17,679 bases of DNA, taken from IMG/VR virus record IMGVR_UViG_3300029234_000244; one strand, given 5' to 3'. The position numbers were made by a program, and so were the translations under genes. This DNA comes from a virus. Its lineage: Duplodnaviria > Heunggongvirae > Uroviricota > Caudoviricetes. Position 1 is the stretch's first letter. Every line of letters begins with the position of its first letter. This document shows positions 15,764 to 17,679 of the stretch, in pieces. The notes beneath the pieces are model-generated. The model was given only the letters and a program-made list of their open reading frames with translations. It made no database searches and was not told where the DNA came from.

Positions 15764-16414
15764 TTAGTCGAGATCGTGGACAGCTAATAAAGCCCGTGAG
15801 ATTTTTTCTAGGAATGTGGCTTTTGCTATTCCTTTATGGGATATCCCTTCATCCTTGATTAAGGTTTCTATGTCACGGTATATAGCTGTGCGATTAGGTT
15901 TCCCATTTTGGATGTAGGAAGATGAGCCTGATTTTTTTATCAGCAGATGTACTATCAACCCCATCATTTTCATTGTCCCGTTTTCCTCATCCTGCTTTCT
16001 ATGCTGCCCACGTCCGCTGCGGTTGGTTTCTTTGATGTAGTTTACTAACTGGAGTCCTCCAAGGTTTCGGGCTTTTTCTTCCCAGCCCTTGGTGCCACGC
16101 AAATCATCAATCGCTTCTGATATTTTCTGAACAATTATTTCTGGTGTATTTGTGTCAATAAATGGGTAAGAAGCTAAGAAAATATCAAGGGCATGGCAAG
16201 GCTCGTCTTTACTAGTTTTTTCACCTCTGTACACCTTGATAGCTCTGGCAAGATGAGTTCTGACAAAATCGACATATTCGAAATTTTCCTCAGGCACATC
16301 GCTAATGCGCATAGATGGGTTTAGGCCAGCCAAGGCCACAGCCATTTCATGAGGGGTAATCGATACAGATGAACAAAGCCGTTCGATTGGCGATTTTCTC
16401 AAGATGTTGTTCAC
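15764..16414 (-). CDS. Hypothetical 216-aa protein, AT-rich, translationally coupled to int
   Basis: GTG start at 16414 overlaps the int stop (GTGA) and follows a strong Shine-Dalgarno CCGGAGG at 5-nt spacing. No recognisable motif. Composition is visibly more AT-rich than the integrase. Confidence 0.65.
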   Translation of the reverse strand: MNNILRKSPIERLCSSVSITPHEMAVALAGLNPSMRISDVPEENFEYVDFVRTHLARAIKVYRGEKTSKDEPCHALDIFLASYPFIDTNTPEIIVQKISEAIDDLRGTKGWEEKARNLGGLQLVNYIKETNRSGRGQHRKQDEENGTMKMMGLIVHLLIKKSGSSSYIQNGKPNRTAIYRDIETLIKDEGISHKGIAKATFLEKISRALLAVHDLD

Positions 16415-17679
16415 ATTTGCCTCCGGGCTTTATCGAATGGCGTTACGTTGTAGTCTTTCCCGCTTTCCAGTGCCACCAGCAGATCAGCCCACAGTGCCAG
16501 TGCTGCTTTACGCTCATCAAAATACTGATGGCGGTTATAAATCCCCTCCACACCCTTAATGCGATGATTGAGGCATCGTTCCGCTACGACAGGATCAACA
16601 CCCAATGCTGCTAAATGAGTACGTGCGGTACGCCGGAAGTCGTGAATCGTGAAATTAGGCACATCCGGCATTTCGGCGCGAACCTTAGCCAGTGCTACGG
16701 GTAAAGTGCTTTCCTGAATATGTGGGATCATTCTGTTTTGCATCTTCCTGGCTGGAAGCACCCATGCGCTATTACATGAAAAGGTGTGTAGCTCTCTCAA
16801 CCATTCAACGGCAGGAGAAGGTAGAGGTATATCAATAGGGTCTCCGTTTTTGCTGCGTTCTTCCGGCAAATGCCATACCGCACCATCTAAATCAAACTCT
16901 TCCCATCGTGCGGCGCATAACTCCATCTTACGAACGCATAGTGCCAGCAATAGCTTAAATGTCAGTTCGTTCTGGCGGCTGAATCCTTTGGCTTTACGCA
17001 TTGCCTGAAAAAATTGGATTAATTCGTCACGGTTCAGCCAGCGATCACGAGATAATTCTTTCCCACCAGCATCTGATACTTCGAAAGCTGAGCAGGGATT
17101 TATCTCCAGAGCGTGGCGTTTTATCCCATAGTCAAAGATACGGCGTGTCCAGCGTAATACATCTGTTGCTATCGTTGGTGCTCCTCGGTCAACGATACCT
17201 TTCAACATGTCGTCAATGTGGCGTGGCTTAACGTCCTCTACCTTCATATGCCCAATGCAGGGGTTAATATCCTTATCAATTCTCCGGCGAAGGATATCGG
17301 GATGTTTCCATCTCGGAAGTATCTGTCGCTCGAAGTATTCGGCGGCCAGATCTGAAACGCGCATGGCGTTTTTCTCAGCCTCCATTTTTGCCAGTGCTTC
17401 AGCTTTTCGTTCCTGTTTCTCTGCTGCTACGTCATAGCCAAGAGCAACTCTGGCTGACAGCTCTTTTGCTGTTTCTCTGGCTTTTGATAGTGACAGTTCG
17501 GAGTAAGAGCCTATAACCATAGCCCGCTGCTTTCCTGCGAGCTTATAGCGGAATCGCCAGAACGGGACTGTGTAGTTTTTGGGGTAGCAAATATAAAGGC
17601 CGTTGCCGTCTGCCTTGCCATCAAATCTGTCTCCCGCCTTTATCCATGCGCGGATCTGCATATCTGTGAGTTTTGGCAT
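16411..17679 (-). CDS. int: Tyrosine-type site-specific integrase, P4-type (DUF4102 N-terminal arm-binding domain + catalytic domain)
   Basis: 422-aa ORF. N-terminal DGNGLYICY...FWRFRYK. Catalytic motifs HDFRRTARTHL and LNHRIKGVEGIYNRHQY (active-site Tyr). Start at the window edge. Confidence 0.95.
   Translation of the reverse strand: MPKLTDMQIRAWIKAGDRFDGKADGNGLYICYPKNYTVPFWRFRYKLAGKQRAMVIGSYSELSLSKARETAKELSARVALGYDVAAEKQERKAEALAKMEAEKNAMRVSDLAAEYFERQILPRWKHPDILRRRIDKDINPCIGHMKVEDVKPRHIDDMLKGIVDRGAPTIATDVLRWTRRIFDYGIKRHALEINPCSAFEVSDAGGKELSRDRWLNRDELIQFFQAMRKAKGFSRQNELTFKLLLALCVRKMELCAARWEEFDLDGAVWHLPEERSKNGDPIDIPLPSPAVEWLRELHTFSCNSAWVLPARKMQNRMIPHIQESTLPVALAKVRAEMPDVPNFTIHDFRRTARTHLAALGVDPVVAERCLNHRIKGVEGIYNRHQYFDERKAALALWADLLVALESGKDYNVTPFDKARRQM

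Noticed and set aside
1-17679. tRNA/tmRNA gene or att site inside the window
   Set aside because: I found no tRNA-like sequence by eye. The integrase start coincides with the right window edge, so the integration target is probably just outside.

Overview
The window reads as one integrative mobile island of phage-satellite / PICI-like type, almost entirely coded on the minus strand. A P4-type tyrosine integrase (16411-17679) sits at the right edge; its attachment site must lie beyond the window. An AT-rich orphan gene is translationally coupled to int. Downstream runs a tightly coupled operon: AlpA-family regulator, a 143-aa hypothetical, an AntA-family antirepressor, a DUF4222 protein, several small proteins (including an Icd-like one), a 200-aa unknown, and a 918-aa zinc-ribbon/TOPRIM primase-helicase (8577-11333). 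The operon ends in an iteron cluster (8441-8551) and a terminator. A second, inverted copy of the iteron cluster lies about 6.9 kb away (1547-1672), recalling the ori/crr pair of satellite P4. The segment between the two clusters carries the accessory cargo. The main candidate for an undescribed system is a three-gene operon behind a canonical LexA box (57 aa, 488 aa, 701 aa), whose two large proteins show no domain I can recognise. Also in this segment are a convergent signal-peptide protein, an Abi_2-family abortive-infection gene and a convergent RHH regulator. The left border holds a PerC-family regulator and a 3'-truncated ClbS/DfsB gene. I found no rRNA, tRNA, CRISPR array or transposase. 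All product calls come from motif recognition by eye; no database search was run.
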